49,161 nucleotides of DNA. Origin: Clostridia bacterium. Lineage in GTDB: Bacteria; Bacillota; Clostridia; Monoglobales; Monoglobaceae. Positions 1 to 8,313 of the stretch are shown piece by piece. The stretch is taken from positions 1 to 49,161 of the forward strand of contig JAFVTM010000053.1 in the NCBI GenBank assembly GCA_017503225.1, in the 5' to 3' direction. Position 1 is the first letter of the stretch. Each line of letters begins with the position of its first letter. The notes beneath the pieces were generated by a model. That model searched no databases. It saw only the letters and a program-made list of their open reading frames with translations, and was not told the origin of the DNA. Both the position numbers and the translations under genes were made by a program.

Positions 1-432
1 AGAAAAGTTGTTGTTACAGGTATCGAAATGTTCAGAAAGCTTCTTGATCAGGCTGAAGCTGGTGATAACATCGGTGCTCTTCTCCGTGGTGTTCAGAGAA
101 ACGAAATCGAAAGAGGACAGGTTCTTGCGAAACCCGGTACAATCAACCCCCACACAAAGTTTAAGGGCGAAGTTTACGTTCTTACTAAGGAAGAAGGCGG
201 ACGTCATACACCTTTCTTCACAAACTACAGACCTCAGTTCTATTTCAGAACAACTGACGTTACAGGTGTTGTAAACCTTCCTGAAGGCACAGAAATGTGT
301 ATGCCTGGTGATAACGTTACAATGACTGTTGAACTTACTACAACAATCGCTGTTGAAGAAGGTCTCCGTTTCGCTATCCGTGAAGGTGGACGTACAGTTG
401 GTTCAGGCGTTGTTACTGAAATCATTGAGTAA
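1..432 (+). CDS. tuf: Elongation factor Tu, C-terminal part (5' end lies outside the window)
   Basis: Frame 1 is open from nt 1 ([23 protein letters not shown]...). The tail ...[22 protein letters not shown] is the canonical EF-Tu domain 2/3. Stop TAA at 430-432, followed by a terminator. Confidence 0.97.
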   Translation, partial: RKVVVTGIEMFRKLLDQAEAGDNIGALLRGVQRNEIERGQVLAKPGTINPHTKFKGEVYVLTKEEGGRHTPFFTNYRPQFYFRTTDVTGVVNLPEGTEMCMPGDNVTMTVELTTTIAVEEGLRFAIREGGRTVGSGVVTEIIE

Positions 433-458
433 TAAATAACTGATTTAAGCTGATAAAA

Positions 459-488
459 ATGGTCATCGAAAGATGACCATTTTTTTTG
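459..488 (+). terminator. Intrinsic terminator after tuf
   Basis: ATGGTCATC / GAAA loop / GATGACCAT, followed by an 8-T run (481-488). Confidence 0.85.
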
Positions 489-562
489 TGTAACAATAGC
501 GGGAAAAACTTTTCCGTTATTTTTTATTTGATATGTTTGTGTTTGGCATACATTTGTCCTAA

Positions 563-578
563 ACACAAGATATTGTGT
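563..578. promoter_or_regulatory. NrdR box (distal)
   Basis: ACACAAGATATTGTGT is a near-perfect 16-bp palindrome. It matches the published NrdR-box consensus acaCwAtATaTwGtgt at 15 of 16 positions. It lies about 320 nt upstream of nrdG. Confidence 0.6.
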
Positions 579-757
579 TTGGAGCGTTTTTTTATAACAT
601 CATATGGAAAATATTGAACAAAAGAGGATGCCAGAATTCGTCAAAATAGACAAAGTTTAATTTTACTTTTTTTTACATATTCCCCCAAACCCTTGTGGCA
701 GTAGATTTTGACGAACAAAGTAAAAAAATGTAAGAAATTATAAGATAAGAATAGCTG

Positions 758-786
758 TTGACAAAAATTGGGGGCTGCTATATAAT
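758..786 (+). promoter_or_regulatory. Sigma-A type promoter of nrdG-nrdD
   Basis: TTGACA (758-763), 17-nt spacer, TATAAT (781-786). Both hexamers are perfect consensus. Confidence 0.75.
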
Positions 787-800
787 AGCATATGTAGTGC
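785..800. promoter_or_regulatory. Degenerate NrdR-box-like site overlapping the -10
   Basis: ATAGCATATGTAGTGC matches 11 of 16 consensus positions. It starts 33 bp upstream of the start of the strong box at 818-833 (about three helical turns), the spacing expected for tandem NrdR boxes. Confidence 0.3.
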
Positions 801-817
801 ATTTGAGGTTTTTTGGA

Positions 818-833
818 ACTCAATATATTGTGT
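818..833. promoter_or_regulatory. NrdR box (proximal, downstream of the -10)
   Basis: ACTCAATATATTGTGT matches 15 of 16 positions of the NrdR consensus. It sits between the promoter and the nrdG RBS. Confidence 0.65.
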
Positions 834-897
834 TTTGTGAAAATTACGCACAAGTCCCTCAAAGGCGTTGAAATTGCTTGATGAAGGGGGATTTGGA

Positions 898-1587
898 ATG
901 AAAATTTGCGGCCTTATGAAGACGACCTTGCTTGATTTCCCAGGGAAAGTGGCTTGCACGGTTTTTCTTGGCGGTTGCAACCTCAGGTGTCCTTTTTGTC
1001 ATAATTCCGTTCTTGCTTTTGAAGAAAACGGGGACTTTGTTTCTGAAAATGAGTTTTTTGCATTTCTTGAAAAGAGAAAAGGGGTCTTGGATGCGGTTTG
1101 TGTAAGCGGTGGCGAACCCCTTATGCACAAAGAGGTTTTTGAATTTCTCAAAAAGATAAAGAATATGGGATTTTTGGTGAAGCTTGATACCAATGGATGC
1201 TTCCCCGAAAGCCTTGAAAAGGTGTTGGCGAGCGGAAGCCTCGACTATGTGGCTATGGACATAAAGGGCGGACTTTTTGAATATGGCAAGTGCGTGGGGC
1301 TTGATGGTTTTGATACATCAAAGGTGGAAAAGTCTATTGAAATATTGAAAAATTCTGATATTGACCACGAATTCCGCACCACAGTGGTGAAAGGACTTCA
1401 TTCAAAGGAGAGCCTTGAAGAAATTGCAAGGATTATTGCGGGCGAAAAAAAGTATTTCTTGCAGGGGTTCAATATGAGTGACGGTGTTCCTGATAAGAAT
1501 TTGACGGAATTTTCAAAAGATGAAATGGAAAATTTGCTCAAAGCGGTGAGGGCGTATGTTCCCTGCGCTGAGTTGAGAGGAATATAA
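898..1587 (+). CDS. nrdG: Anaerobic ribonucleoside-triphosphate reductase activating protein (radical SAM)
   Basis: CNLRCPFCHN is a CX3CX2C radical-SAM cluster motif near the N-terminus. Small size and position next to nrdD fit NrdG. I start it at ATG 898 (RBS GAAGGGGGA at 883-891) rather than the TTG at 868 used in the ORF track. Confidence 0.9.
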   Translation: MKICGLMKTTLLDFPGKVACTVFLGGCNLRCPFCHNSVLAFEENGDFVSENEFFAFLEKRKGVLDAVCVSGGEPLMHKEVFEFLKKIKNMGFLVKLDTNGCFPESLEKVLASGSLDYVAMDIKGGLFEYGKCVGLDGFDTSKVEKSIEILKNSDIDHEFRTTVVKGLHSKESLEEIARIIAGEKKYFLQGFNMSDGVPDKNLTEFSKDEMENLLKAVRAYVPCAELRGI

Positions 1588-1634
1588 ATAAAAATTACAG
1601 CAGAAAAAGCTGATAAAAAAACGGAGGGGAAATT

Positions 1635-3983
1635 ATGTATAAGGTAAAAAAGAGAGATAACAAGCTTGTTGAGTTTGATTTGTCCAAAATCAGCGACGCT
1701 ATGCTTCAGGCTTTTGATGCCCAGAACAGACAATATAATCAAAACATTATAGACTTTTTGGCGCTGAAAGTCACTGCTGACTTTGAACCAAAGGTAAAGG
1801 AAGATGCGATATCCGTAGAAGATATTCAGGACAGTGTGGAGTCTGTGCTTGTTCAAGCGGGTTATGCCGATGTTGCTAAGGCTTATATCCTTTACAGAAA
1901 GTTGCACGAAAAGATGCGTAATATGCAGTCAACCATTCTTGACTATAAAGAGGTTGTTGACAATTACGTAAAAATCAATGACTGGCGTGTTAAGGAGAAT
2001 TCTACCGTTACATATTCTGTGGGCGGTCTTATTCTTTCAAACTCGGGTGCCATCACCGCAAACTATTGGCTCAGCGAAATTTATGATGAGGAAATCGCAA
2101 ATGCTCACAGAAATGCGGATATTCACATTCACGACCTTTCTATGCTCACAGGTTATTGTGCGGGTTGGTCGCTGAAACAGCTTATTCAGGAAGGTCTTGG
2201 CGGCGTTGAGGGCAAGATTACATCGTCCCCAGCAAGTCACCTTGCGACACTCTGTAACCAGATGGTAAACTTCCTTGGAATTATGCAGAATGAATGGGCA
2301 GGTGCTCAGGCGTTCAGCTCTTTTGATACATATCTTGCGCCTTTTGTTAAAGTAGATAATCTCAGCTATGACCAGGTTAAAAAGTGTATTGAGTCCTTTA
2401 TTTACGGTGTAAATACTCCGTCGCGTTGGGGTACTCAGGCGCCGTTCTCAAACATCACACTTGACTGGACTGTTCCTGCTGACCTTGCAGAGCTTCCTGC
2501 CATTGTTGGCGGCAAGGAAATGGACTTTAAATACAAAGACTGTAAGAAAGAAATGGATATGGTCAACCGTGCGTTTATTGAAACAATGATAGAGGGTGAC
2601 GCAAACGGCCGTGGATTCCAGTATCCTATTCCCACATATTCAATCACCAGTAACTTTGACTGGTCAGAAACAGAAAACAACAAGCTTCTCTTTGAGATGA
2701 CATCAAAATATGGTACGCCTTACTTCTCAAACTATATCAACAGCGATATGGAACCAAGCGATGTCCGCAGTATGTGCTGTCGTCTTAGGCTTGACCTCCG
2801 TGAACTCAGAAAGAAATCAGGCGGTTTCTTTGGTAGTGGTGAAAGCACAGGTTCTGTTGGTGTTGTTACCATCAATATGCCAAGAATTGCTTACCTTGCA
2901 AAGGACGAAGAAGATTTCTTCAAACGTCTTGATAAGCTTATGGATATTTCGGCGCGTTCTCTTAAAGTAAAGAGGGATATTATAACAAGACTTCTTGATG
3001 AGGGACTTTATCCTTATACAAAGAGATACCTTGGCACATTCAACAACCACTTCTCAACCATTGGTCTTATTGGTATGAACGAGGTTGGACTTAATGCTAA
3101 ATGGCTTGGCAAGGATATGACAAGCCCCGAAACACAGGAATTCACCAAGAAAGTTCTCAACCATATGAGAGACAGACTTTCGGACTATCAGGAAAAGTAC
3201 GGTGACCTTTATAACCTTGAAGCAACCCCTGCTGAGTCAACCACATATCGTTTGGCAAAGCACGATGTGAAGAGATACCCAGATATTATAACAGCGGCAG
3301 AAGAGGGCGGAACACCTTACTACACAAACAGCTCACATCTTCCTGTTGGCTTCACTTCTGATATATTTGACGCTCTTGATATTCAGGACGAGCTTCAGAC
3401 CCTTTATACATCGGGTACAGTATTCCATGCGTTCCTTGGTGAAAAGCTTCCCACCTGGAAGGCTGCGGCTGATTTGGTAAGGAAGATTGCTGAAAATTAT
3501 AAGCTTCCTTATTACACACTGTCACCAACATATTCGGTTTGTCGTGAGCATGGTTATCTCATTGGTGAGCAGGATAAGTGTCCGATTTGTGGCGGTCAGA
3601 CCGAGGTTTACAGCAGAATTACCGGCTATTATCGTCCGGTTCGCAACTGGAATGACGGAAAGACCCAGGAATATAAAGAAAGAAAGCTTTATGATATTGA
3701 GAATTCTGTTCTTAAAAAAGGCGGCGAAAAGGCTGATTGTGCGTGCGAAAGTGGCTTGATGCTGTTTACCACCAAGACCTGCCCTAACTGTAATGCTGCA
3801 AAGGCTGTTTTGGAAAAGAACAATATTGGGTATAATATTGTTGATGCGGAAGCTGATGCGGCACTTACTGAAAAGTTTGGTGTTCGTCAGGCACCCACAC
3901 TGGTTGCAGTAAACGGCGGTGACATTCAAAAGTTTGCCGGCGTTGGTGAAATCAGAAAGTATATTGAGTCGATTAAGGGCTAA
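1635..3983 (+). CDS. nrdD: Class III (anaerobic) ribonucleotide reductase NrdD with a C-terminal thioredoxin-fold (CPNC) domain fusion
   Basis: Core NrdD features: N-terminal ATP-cone (VKKRDNKLVEFDLSKI), HIHDLSMLTGYCAGWSL (Cys175), finger loop SMCCRLRLD (Cys381/382), Zn ribbon CREHGY...CPICGG, and glycyl-radical motif YSRITGYYRP (Gly664). About 118 extra residues follow, ending in LFTTKTCPNCNAAK...VRQAPTLVAVNGG. RBS is GGAGGGG. Confidence 0.93.
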   Translation: MYKVKKRDNKLVEFDLSKISDAMLQAFDAQNRQYNQNIIDFLALKVTADFEPKVKEDAISVEDIQDSVESVLVQAGYADVAKAYILYRKLHEKMRNMQSTILDYKEVVDNYVKINDWRVKENSTVTYSVGGLILSNSGAITANYWLSEIYDEEIANAHRNADIHIHDLSMLTGYCAGWSLKQLIQEGLGGVEGKITSSPASHLATLCNQMVNFLGIMQNEWAGAQAFSSFDTYLAPFVKVDNLSYDQVKKCIESFIYGVNTPSRWGTQAPFSNITLDWTVPADLAELPAIVGGKEMDFKYKDCKKEMDMVNRAFIETMIEGDANGRGFQYPIPTYSITSNFDWSETENNKLLFEMTSKYGTPYFSNYINSDMEPSDVRSMCCRLRLDLRELRKKSGGFFGSGESTGSVGVVTINMPRIAYLAKDEEDFFKRLDKLMDISARSLKVKRDIITRLLDEGLYPYTKRYLGTFNNHFSTIGLIGMNEVGLNAKWLGKDMTSPETQEFTKKVLNHMRDRLSDYQEKYGDLYNLEATPAESTTYRLAKHDVKRYPDIITAAEEGGTPYYTNSSHLPVGFTSDIFDALDIQDELQTLYTSGTVFHAFLGEKLPTWKAAADLVRKIAENYKLPYYTLSPTYSVCREHGYLIGEQDKCPICGGQTEVYSRITGYYRPVRNWNDGKTQEYKERKLYDIENSVLKKGGEKADCACESGLMLFTTKTCPNCNAAKAVLEKNNIGYNIVDAEADAALTEKFGVRQAPTLVAVNGGDIQKFAGVGEIRKYIESIKG

Positions 3984-3993
3984 AAAATCTCAG

Positions 3994-4026
3994 GTAGCCG
4001 AAACGTAACTGTTTCGGCTACTTTTG
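3994..4026 (+). terminator. Hairpin plus short T-run between nrdD and trxB (terminator or attenuator)
   Basis: GTAGCCGAAAC / GTAACT loop / GTTTCGGCTAC is an 11-bp perfect stem, followed by TTTTG. Confidence 0.6.
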
Positions 4027-4045
4027 TGAAAGGAAAAATGAAAAC

Positions 4046-4954
4046 ATGATTTATGACATTGTTATAATCGGCGGAGGGCCTGCGGGGCTTACGGCGGCGC
4101 TTTATGCACTTCGTGCCGAAAAGACGGTTCTGGTAATTGAAAAAATGGGACTTGGGGGACAGATTGCCCTTTCTGAGCACGTGGAAAACTTTCCTGGAAC
4201 ACCCAAAATGAGTGGTATGGAGTTTGCTTCAAATCTTGCATCTCAGGTGGAGACTTTGGGAGGGGAGATTGAATATGAGACGGTTCTTGAAATAAAGGAT
4301 GGAAATCCAAAGACAGTGGTAACTGATTTTGGCGAGCATCAGGGTAAATGCGTGATTATTGCGACCGGTGTTACCAATCGTCGACTTGGAATTGAGGGCG
4401 AGGATGGTCTCATAGGCAGGGGAATTTCTTTTTGCGCGGTATGTGACGGCTCTTTTTATAAAAATAAGGTTGTTGCAGTAATCGGCGGCGGAAATACTGC
4501 TGTTGAGGATGCAATTTATCTTTCAAACATTGCAGAAAAAGTATATCTTGTTCATAGACGCTTAGAGTTTAGGGCAGAAAGCCGTCTTGTGCGTGAGCTT
4601 GAGGGGAAAGAGAATGTGGAGCTTGTCCTTGAAAGCGTGCCAAAAAAATTCGTTGACGATGGTGGATTTAAGGGCATGGAGGTTGTGAATGTAAAAACTG
4701 AGGAAAGCCGTTTTCTCGAACTTGATGGAGCTTTTGTTGCTGTTGGGCAAATTCCACAGAGCGATATTTTCAAGGGTTTTATAAGCCTTGATGAGAGTGG
4801 GTACATCGCGTCGGGAGAAGACTGCCGCACCAATGTGGAGGGCGTTTTTGTGGCGGGTGACTGCAGAAACAAAACGGTTCGCCAGCTCACGACTGCAGTG
4901 GGTGACGGAAGTGTTGCGGCACTTGCGGCTTGTGATTATCTCATGAATAAATAA
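4046..4954 (+). CDS. trxB: Thioredoxin-disulfide reductase
   Basis: FAD motif IIGGGPAGLTAA, redox-active CAVCDG, NAD(P)H motif GGGNTAVEDA with HRRLEFRA, and GDC near the C-terminus. 302 aa. Confidence 0.92.
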   Translation: MIYDIVIIGGGPAGLTAALYALRAEKTVLVIEKMGLGGQIALSEHVENFPGTPKMSGMEFASNLASQVETLGGEIEYETVLEIKDGNPKTVVTDFGEHQGKCVIIATGVTNRRLGIEGEDGLIGRGISFCAVCDGSFYKNKVVAVIGGGNTAVEDAIYLSNIAEKVYLVHRRLEFRAESRLVRELEGKENVELVLESVPKKFVDDGGFKGMEVVNVKTEESRFLELDGAFVAVGQIPQSDIFKGFISLDESGYIASGEDCRTNVEGVFVAGDCRNKTVRQLTTAVGDGSVAALAACDYLMNK

Positions 4955-4970
4955 AGTTTTATGTAAAATT

Positions 4971-5000
4971 AAAATCCCGACCACTTGAGCCGGGATTTTT
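4971..5000. terminator. Bidirectional terminator shared by trxB (+) and spoVT (-)
   Basis: AAAATCCCG ... CGGGATTTTTT has an A-tract on one side and a T-tract on the other. It sits between convergent stop codons at 4954 and 5003. Confidence 0.75.
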
Positions 5001-5002
5001 TA

Positions 5003-5542
5003 TTACTCAATAGTTTTTCCGAGAAAAGCGGCGGCGGATTCGGCAAGCTTTTGTTCAAGCTCACCAAAGCTTTCCTTTTCAGGCGATGATAAAAACATAA
5101 CTGTTCCGATGGCATCGCCGTCATAGATTATGGGTGCTGCAATCCCTGCCATAAGAGAATCGTTGCTGTCTGAAACAGTGATATTTTTTTCACCGTTTTT
5201 CAGGACAAAGGTGCTTTTTTGTGACATTACCTTTTCGATGTCATCAGAGATTTTTTTGTTCATAAGCTCTTTTTTTGAAACGCCTGAAACTGCGATTACT
5301 GTATCCTTATCCGAGATGCAGGCGGGGATGCCGGCAGTGTGGGCAAGTGCTTCAGCATATTGGGTGGCAAATTCACCGAGCTCGCCTATGGGTGAATATT
5401 TTTTAAAAATAACGGTGCCGTCACTTTCTGTATAAATTTCAAGAGGGTCTCCCTCGCGAATCCGCATGGTACGGCGGATTTCCTTTGGAATAACAACACG
5501 TCCAAGGTCGTCTATTCTTCTTACAATTCCTGTTGCTTTCAT
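5003..5542 (-). CDS. spoVT: Stage V sporulation protein T (AbrB-type N-domain plus GAF-like C-domain)
   Basis: MKATGIVRRIDDLGRVVIPKEIRRTMRIREGDPLEIY is nearly identical to the B. subtilis SpoVT N-terminus. I start it at ATG 5542 (RBS AAAAGGAGCA), not at the upstream in-frame ATG 5623. Confidence 0.92.
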   Translation of the reverse strand: MKATGIVRRIDDLGRVVIPKEIRRTMRIREGDPLEIYTESDGTVIFKKYSPIGELGEFATQYAEALAHTAGIPACISDKDTVIAVSGVSKKELMNKKISDDIEKVMSQKSTFVLKNGEKNITVSDSNDSLMAGIAAPIIYDGDAIGTVMFLSSPEKESFGELEQKLAESAAAFLGKTIE

Positions 5543-5626
5543 ATAATAAATGCTCCTTTTGGTTGATTTTACAAATCTATTATTTGACATTGCGAGAATT
5601 TTATCCAAAGAAATTTTTAGCAAAAT

Positions 5627-5659
5627 TAAAAGACCTGTTCGAAAAGAACAGGTCTTTTG
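5627..5659. terminator. Terminator downstream of the minus-strand catabolic operon
   Basis: AAGACCTGTTC / GAAAA loop / GAACAGGTCTT is an 11-bp stem flanked by A- and T-tracts. It lies immediately 3' of the CDS ending at 5672. Confidence 0.8.
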
Positions 5660-5671
5660 GATTGCAAATGT

Positions 5672-6589
5672 TTATTTGTTTTTTACGTAAAAGTCGATTA
5701 CCTTAAGAAGCTCATTTCCCATTTCTTCCATAAGTCTTTGATATTCGCGGGTACCGAGTTCGTGAACGATTTGCTTCTGGCCCATTTTGTAGCCGCGCAT
5801 TTCCATAATCAGCTTGTAGCCTGCAGGAAACGCGATGCTGTCAGCAAGGCGGATAAGAGAAAGATATGAGCTGTTGAGCTCCTGCGCACCCTTTATGTCG
5901 CCTCTTGCAAACTTTTTGTATATTGCGGCGTTTACCTCAGGCAAAATGGTTGAGAAAGCAGTCATGCTCCCGCAACATCCACAGGTAAGTGCCGGAACCA
6001 GACAGTCATCGGTTCCTGAAAGAACTGAAAAGTCGGGCCTTTCGTGTTTTACAATATCAATAAGATGTGCAATTCGTTTCATATGTGCACTGGAATCTTT
6101 TATTCCTATGATATTTTTTTCCTGAAGAAGTCGTTTGAAAACATTTATGCTGATTTCGCCAGTAAACATAGGAATGTTGTAAAGAACAATATCAATTATA
6201 TTTTGCTGAGCCAGACGCCTGAAATATTCATAGACATCTTCCTGCGGCATTGTGATATAGTAGGGAACGCAGATAACTGCACAATCATAGCCTGCGTCTT
6301 TGGCAGCTTTCATATATGAAACGGTGGTGTCGAAGTTTGAACTGCAGGCACCTGCTGCCATCTGTTTTCTTCCGCGTGCAACCTTTGCGGTATATTTCAG
6401 TATTTCTATATTCTCCTCAGGTGACATATGAACAAATTCACCGGTTGTAGCACTGGGAAAAAGGCCGTCTATGTCGCTTGAAGCAAGGAATTCCACTTCC
6501 TTTTCAAATACTTCATAATTCACCTTTCCGGCTTCGTTAAAGGGCGTGAGCAAAACGCCAAAGGCTCCTTTTGGTCTGTATTCGGACAT
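5672..6589 (-). CDS. DHDPS / N-acetylneuraminate-lyase family class I aldolase or deaminase (DapA-like)
   Basis: Length and N-terminal pattern GVLLTPFNEAGKVNYEVFEKEVEFL...DGLFPSATTGEF are typical of the DapA/NanA/KDG-aldolase family. A Schiff-base-type Lys context IIGIKDSS is present. Start taken at ATG 6589 (RBS GGAGGAAT). Confidence 0.75.
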   Translation of the reverse strand: MSEYRPKGAFGVLLTPFNEAGKVNYEVFEKEVEFLASSDIDGLFPSATTGEFVHMSPEENIEILKYTAKVARGRKQMAAGACSSNFDTTVSYMKAAKDAGYDCAVICVPYYITMPQEDVYEYFRRLAQQNIIDIVLYNIPMFTGEISINVFKRLLQEKNIIGIKDSSAHMKRIAHLIDIVKHERPDFSVLSGTDDCLVPALTCGCCGSMTAFSTILPEVNAAIYKKFARGDIKGAQELNSSYLSLIRLADSIAFPAGYKLIMEMRGYKMGQKQIVHELGTREYQRLMEEMGNELLKVIDFYVKNK

Positions 6590-6611
6590 TTTTATTCCTC
6601 CTTTTTTCTCG

Positions 6612-7679
6612 TCAGTCCATAACAATAACTGCTTTTATAAGGTTTTTGGTACGATTTTTTATAAGTTCAACTGCTTTCGGAAGGTCCTCAAGGGCAAATT
6701 CATGAGTTATCATATCGCGCACGTTGAATTTTCCGCTTGCTACCAGATTTACAAAAGGTTCCCATGTGAGATAGTTTCCGCAAACACCATGCAGGTTCAA
6801 ATGTTTCAGCACTATTTCGGTAACAGGGAAAGGGATTTCGTCATCCTTGCCAGGGATTCCATAAAAGAATACATCCCCGCCATTGGCACAAGCGTCTATT
6901 GCCATTTGGACGGAAGAAGGTGACCCTGCTGCGTCGATTGAGTATCTTGCGCCAAAGCCAGCAGTTTCTTCAAGAACACGGGCGAGGACATCTTCCCTTG
7001 CTGCATCAATGACAACATCCGCACCGAATTTTTTTGCATAATCAATTCTTTCCTTACCTCTGACAGAAGCGATTATTTTGGCTGCGCCACATGCCTTTGC
7101 CAGCTGAATATATGCAATACCTGCCGGTCCGCCACCCTGAATGAACACGGTGGAGCCCATCTCGATTCCAAAACGGAGAATTGAGCCGGAGGGGCAGACT
7201 GCACTTTCCATTATTGCGCCCTCTTTGAAAGAAATTGAGTCAGGAATTTTTACCAGACAGCTTTCGGGGACCACCACATATTCAGCATATCCGCCGTTGT
7301 GAGGATTGTAGCCGATTTCGCTTCCATGTGGGCACATTTCGTTTCGTCCGCTTTTGCACCATACACACTTTCCACAAGAAACAACGGTGTTGATGATGAC
7401 TCTGTCACCAACCTTAGCGTCTGTCACTCTTTCGCCAAGAGCGAAAACCTCTCCTGCGATTTCGTGACCCAGAATGTGAGGAGGAGTTGCATGGGGAAAA
7501 GCACCGGTTGATATATGTGCGTCGGTTGCACATACCCCTGCTGCCTTGACTTTCACAAGAACTTCGCCCTCTTTGGGAGTAGGCGTGGGAACTTCTTTTA
7601 TTTCAAATTTGTTTATGTCTGTCCAGACTGCTGCTTTCAAAGTATAAACACATCCTTTTTTAAAGAACAAAGTCTTCAA
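6612..7679 (-). CDS. Zn-dependent medium-chain alcohol/polyol dehydrogenase
   Basis: GVCATDAH, GHEIAGEV, structural-Zn Cys cluster CGKCVWCKSGRNEMC, and a Rossmann motif. The start is uncertain. An alternative TTG at 7640 would give the usual MKAAV-type N-terminus and remove the overlap with the upstream gene. Confidence 0.85.
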   Translation of the reverse strand: MKTLFFKKGCVYTLKAAVWTDINKFEIKEVPTPTPKEGEVLVKVKAAGVCATDAHISTGAFPHATPPHILGHEIAGEVFALGERVTDAKVGDRVIINTVVSCGKCVWCKSGRNEMCPHGSEIGYNPHNGGYAEYVVVPESCLVKIPDSISFKEGAIMESAVCPSGSILRFGIEMGSTVFIQGGGPAGIAYIQLAKACGAAKIIASVRGKERIDYAKKFGADVVIDAAREDVLARVLEETAGFGARYSIDAAGSPSSVQMAIDACANGGDVFFYGIPGKDDEIPFPVTEIVLKHLNLHGVCGNYLTWEPFVNLVASGKFNVRDMITHEFALEDLPKAVELIKNRTKNLIKAVIVMD

Positions 7680-8313
7680 TTTTTGTAGTATAATTGAACA
7701 GATTTAAAAAGCCGTTTTCGGTTATGAGATAGTTGTCTTCAACCCGTATGCCAAAGTTGTTCTCGAAATAGATGCCCGGCTCCAGTGTTACTGTCATACC
7801 GGTTTCAAGAACGTTGGTGTTTTCGGGAAGAAACTGTGGTTGCATAAACGGTTGCTCACCGAATCTGTGCCCTGCGTGATGAGGAAAATATCTCTGATAT
7901 TCTCCAAAGCCTGATACCATTGCGCCATGAATATCAAAGGCAGAAGTACCATTTTTCAGCGTTTTTTCTGCCTCGGATTTTGCTTGCAAAACGGCGTTGT
8001 AAGCCAAGAGTTGCTCTTGAGAGGGTTCGCCTATGAAAAAGGTTCGTGTTGTATCTGTCCAGATTCCATCCAGACAAAACTGCAGGTCAAGAATGAGGCA
8101 GTCACCTTTTTTTAAAACATAGTCGGTAGCGTCACCCTCGATGGCTCCGGAACGAATTCCGGCAACAAAATCACCTGCAAATTCATCACACTTACAGTTT
8201 GCTGCAATGAGGTTTTTAATATCCTTTTCGGTCATCCCAATGCGAAAGTTTTGCCTTACTGAGTCGTAGGCAAGCCTGTTTAAATCCAGAATTTTTTTAA
8301 TCTGCTCGGTCAT
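7660..8313 (-). CDS. M24-family (pita-bread fold) metallohydrolase, catalytic domain only
   Basis: All five expected metal-ligand contexts are present: LILDLQ, WTDTTRTF, HHAGHRFG, VTLEPGIY, GIRVEDNYLIT. At 217 aa it lacks the N-terminal prolidase/creatinase domain. Confidence 0.75.
   Translation of the reverse strand: MTEQIKKILDLNRLAYDSVRQNFRIGMTEKDIKNLIAANCKCDEFAGDFVAGIRSGAIEGDATDYVLKKGDCLILDLQFCLDGIWTDTTRTFFIGEPSQEQLLAYNAVLQAKSEAEKTLKNGTSAFDIHGAMVSGFGEYQRYFPHHAGHRFGEQPFMQPQFLPENTNVLETGMTVTLEPGIYFENNFGIRVEDNYLITENGFLNLFNYTTKIEDFVL

Noticed and set aside
490-867. Cobalamin or other riboswitch upstream of nrdGD
   Set aside because: I saw no B12-box or other conserved riboswitch core. The region is AT-rich with little stable structure. 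NrdR boxes explain the regulation.
641-1128. Minus-strand ORFs of 73-89 aa in the nrdG upstream region and 5' end
   Set aside because: They overlap the consensus promoter, the NrdR boxes and nrdG itself. They have no RBS and non-protein-like sequence.
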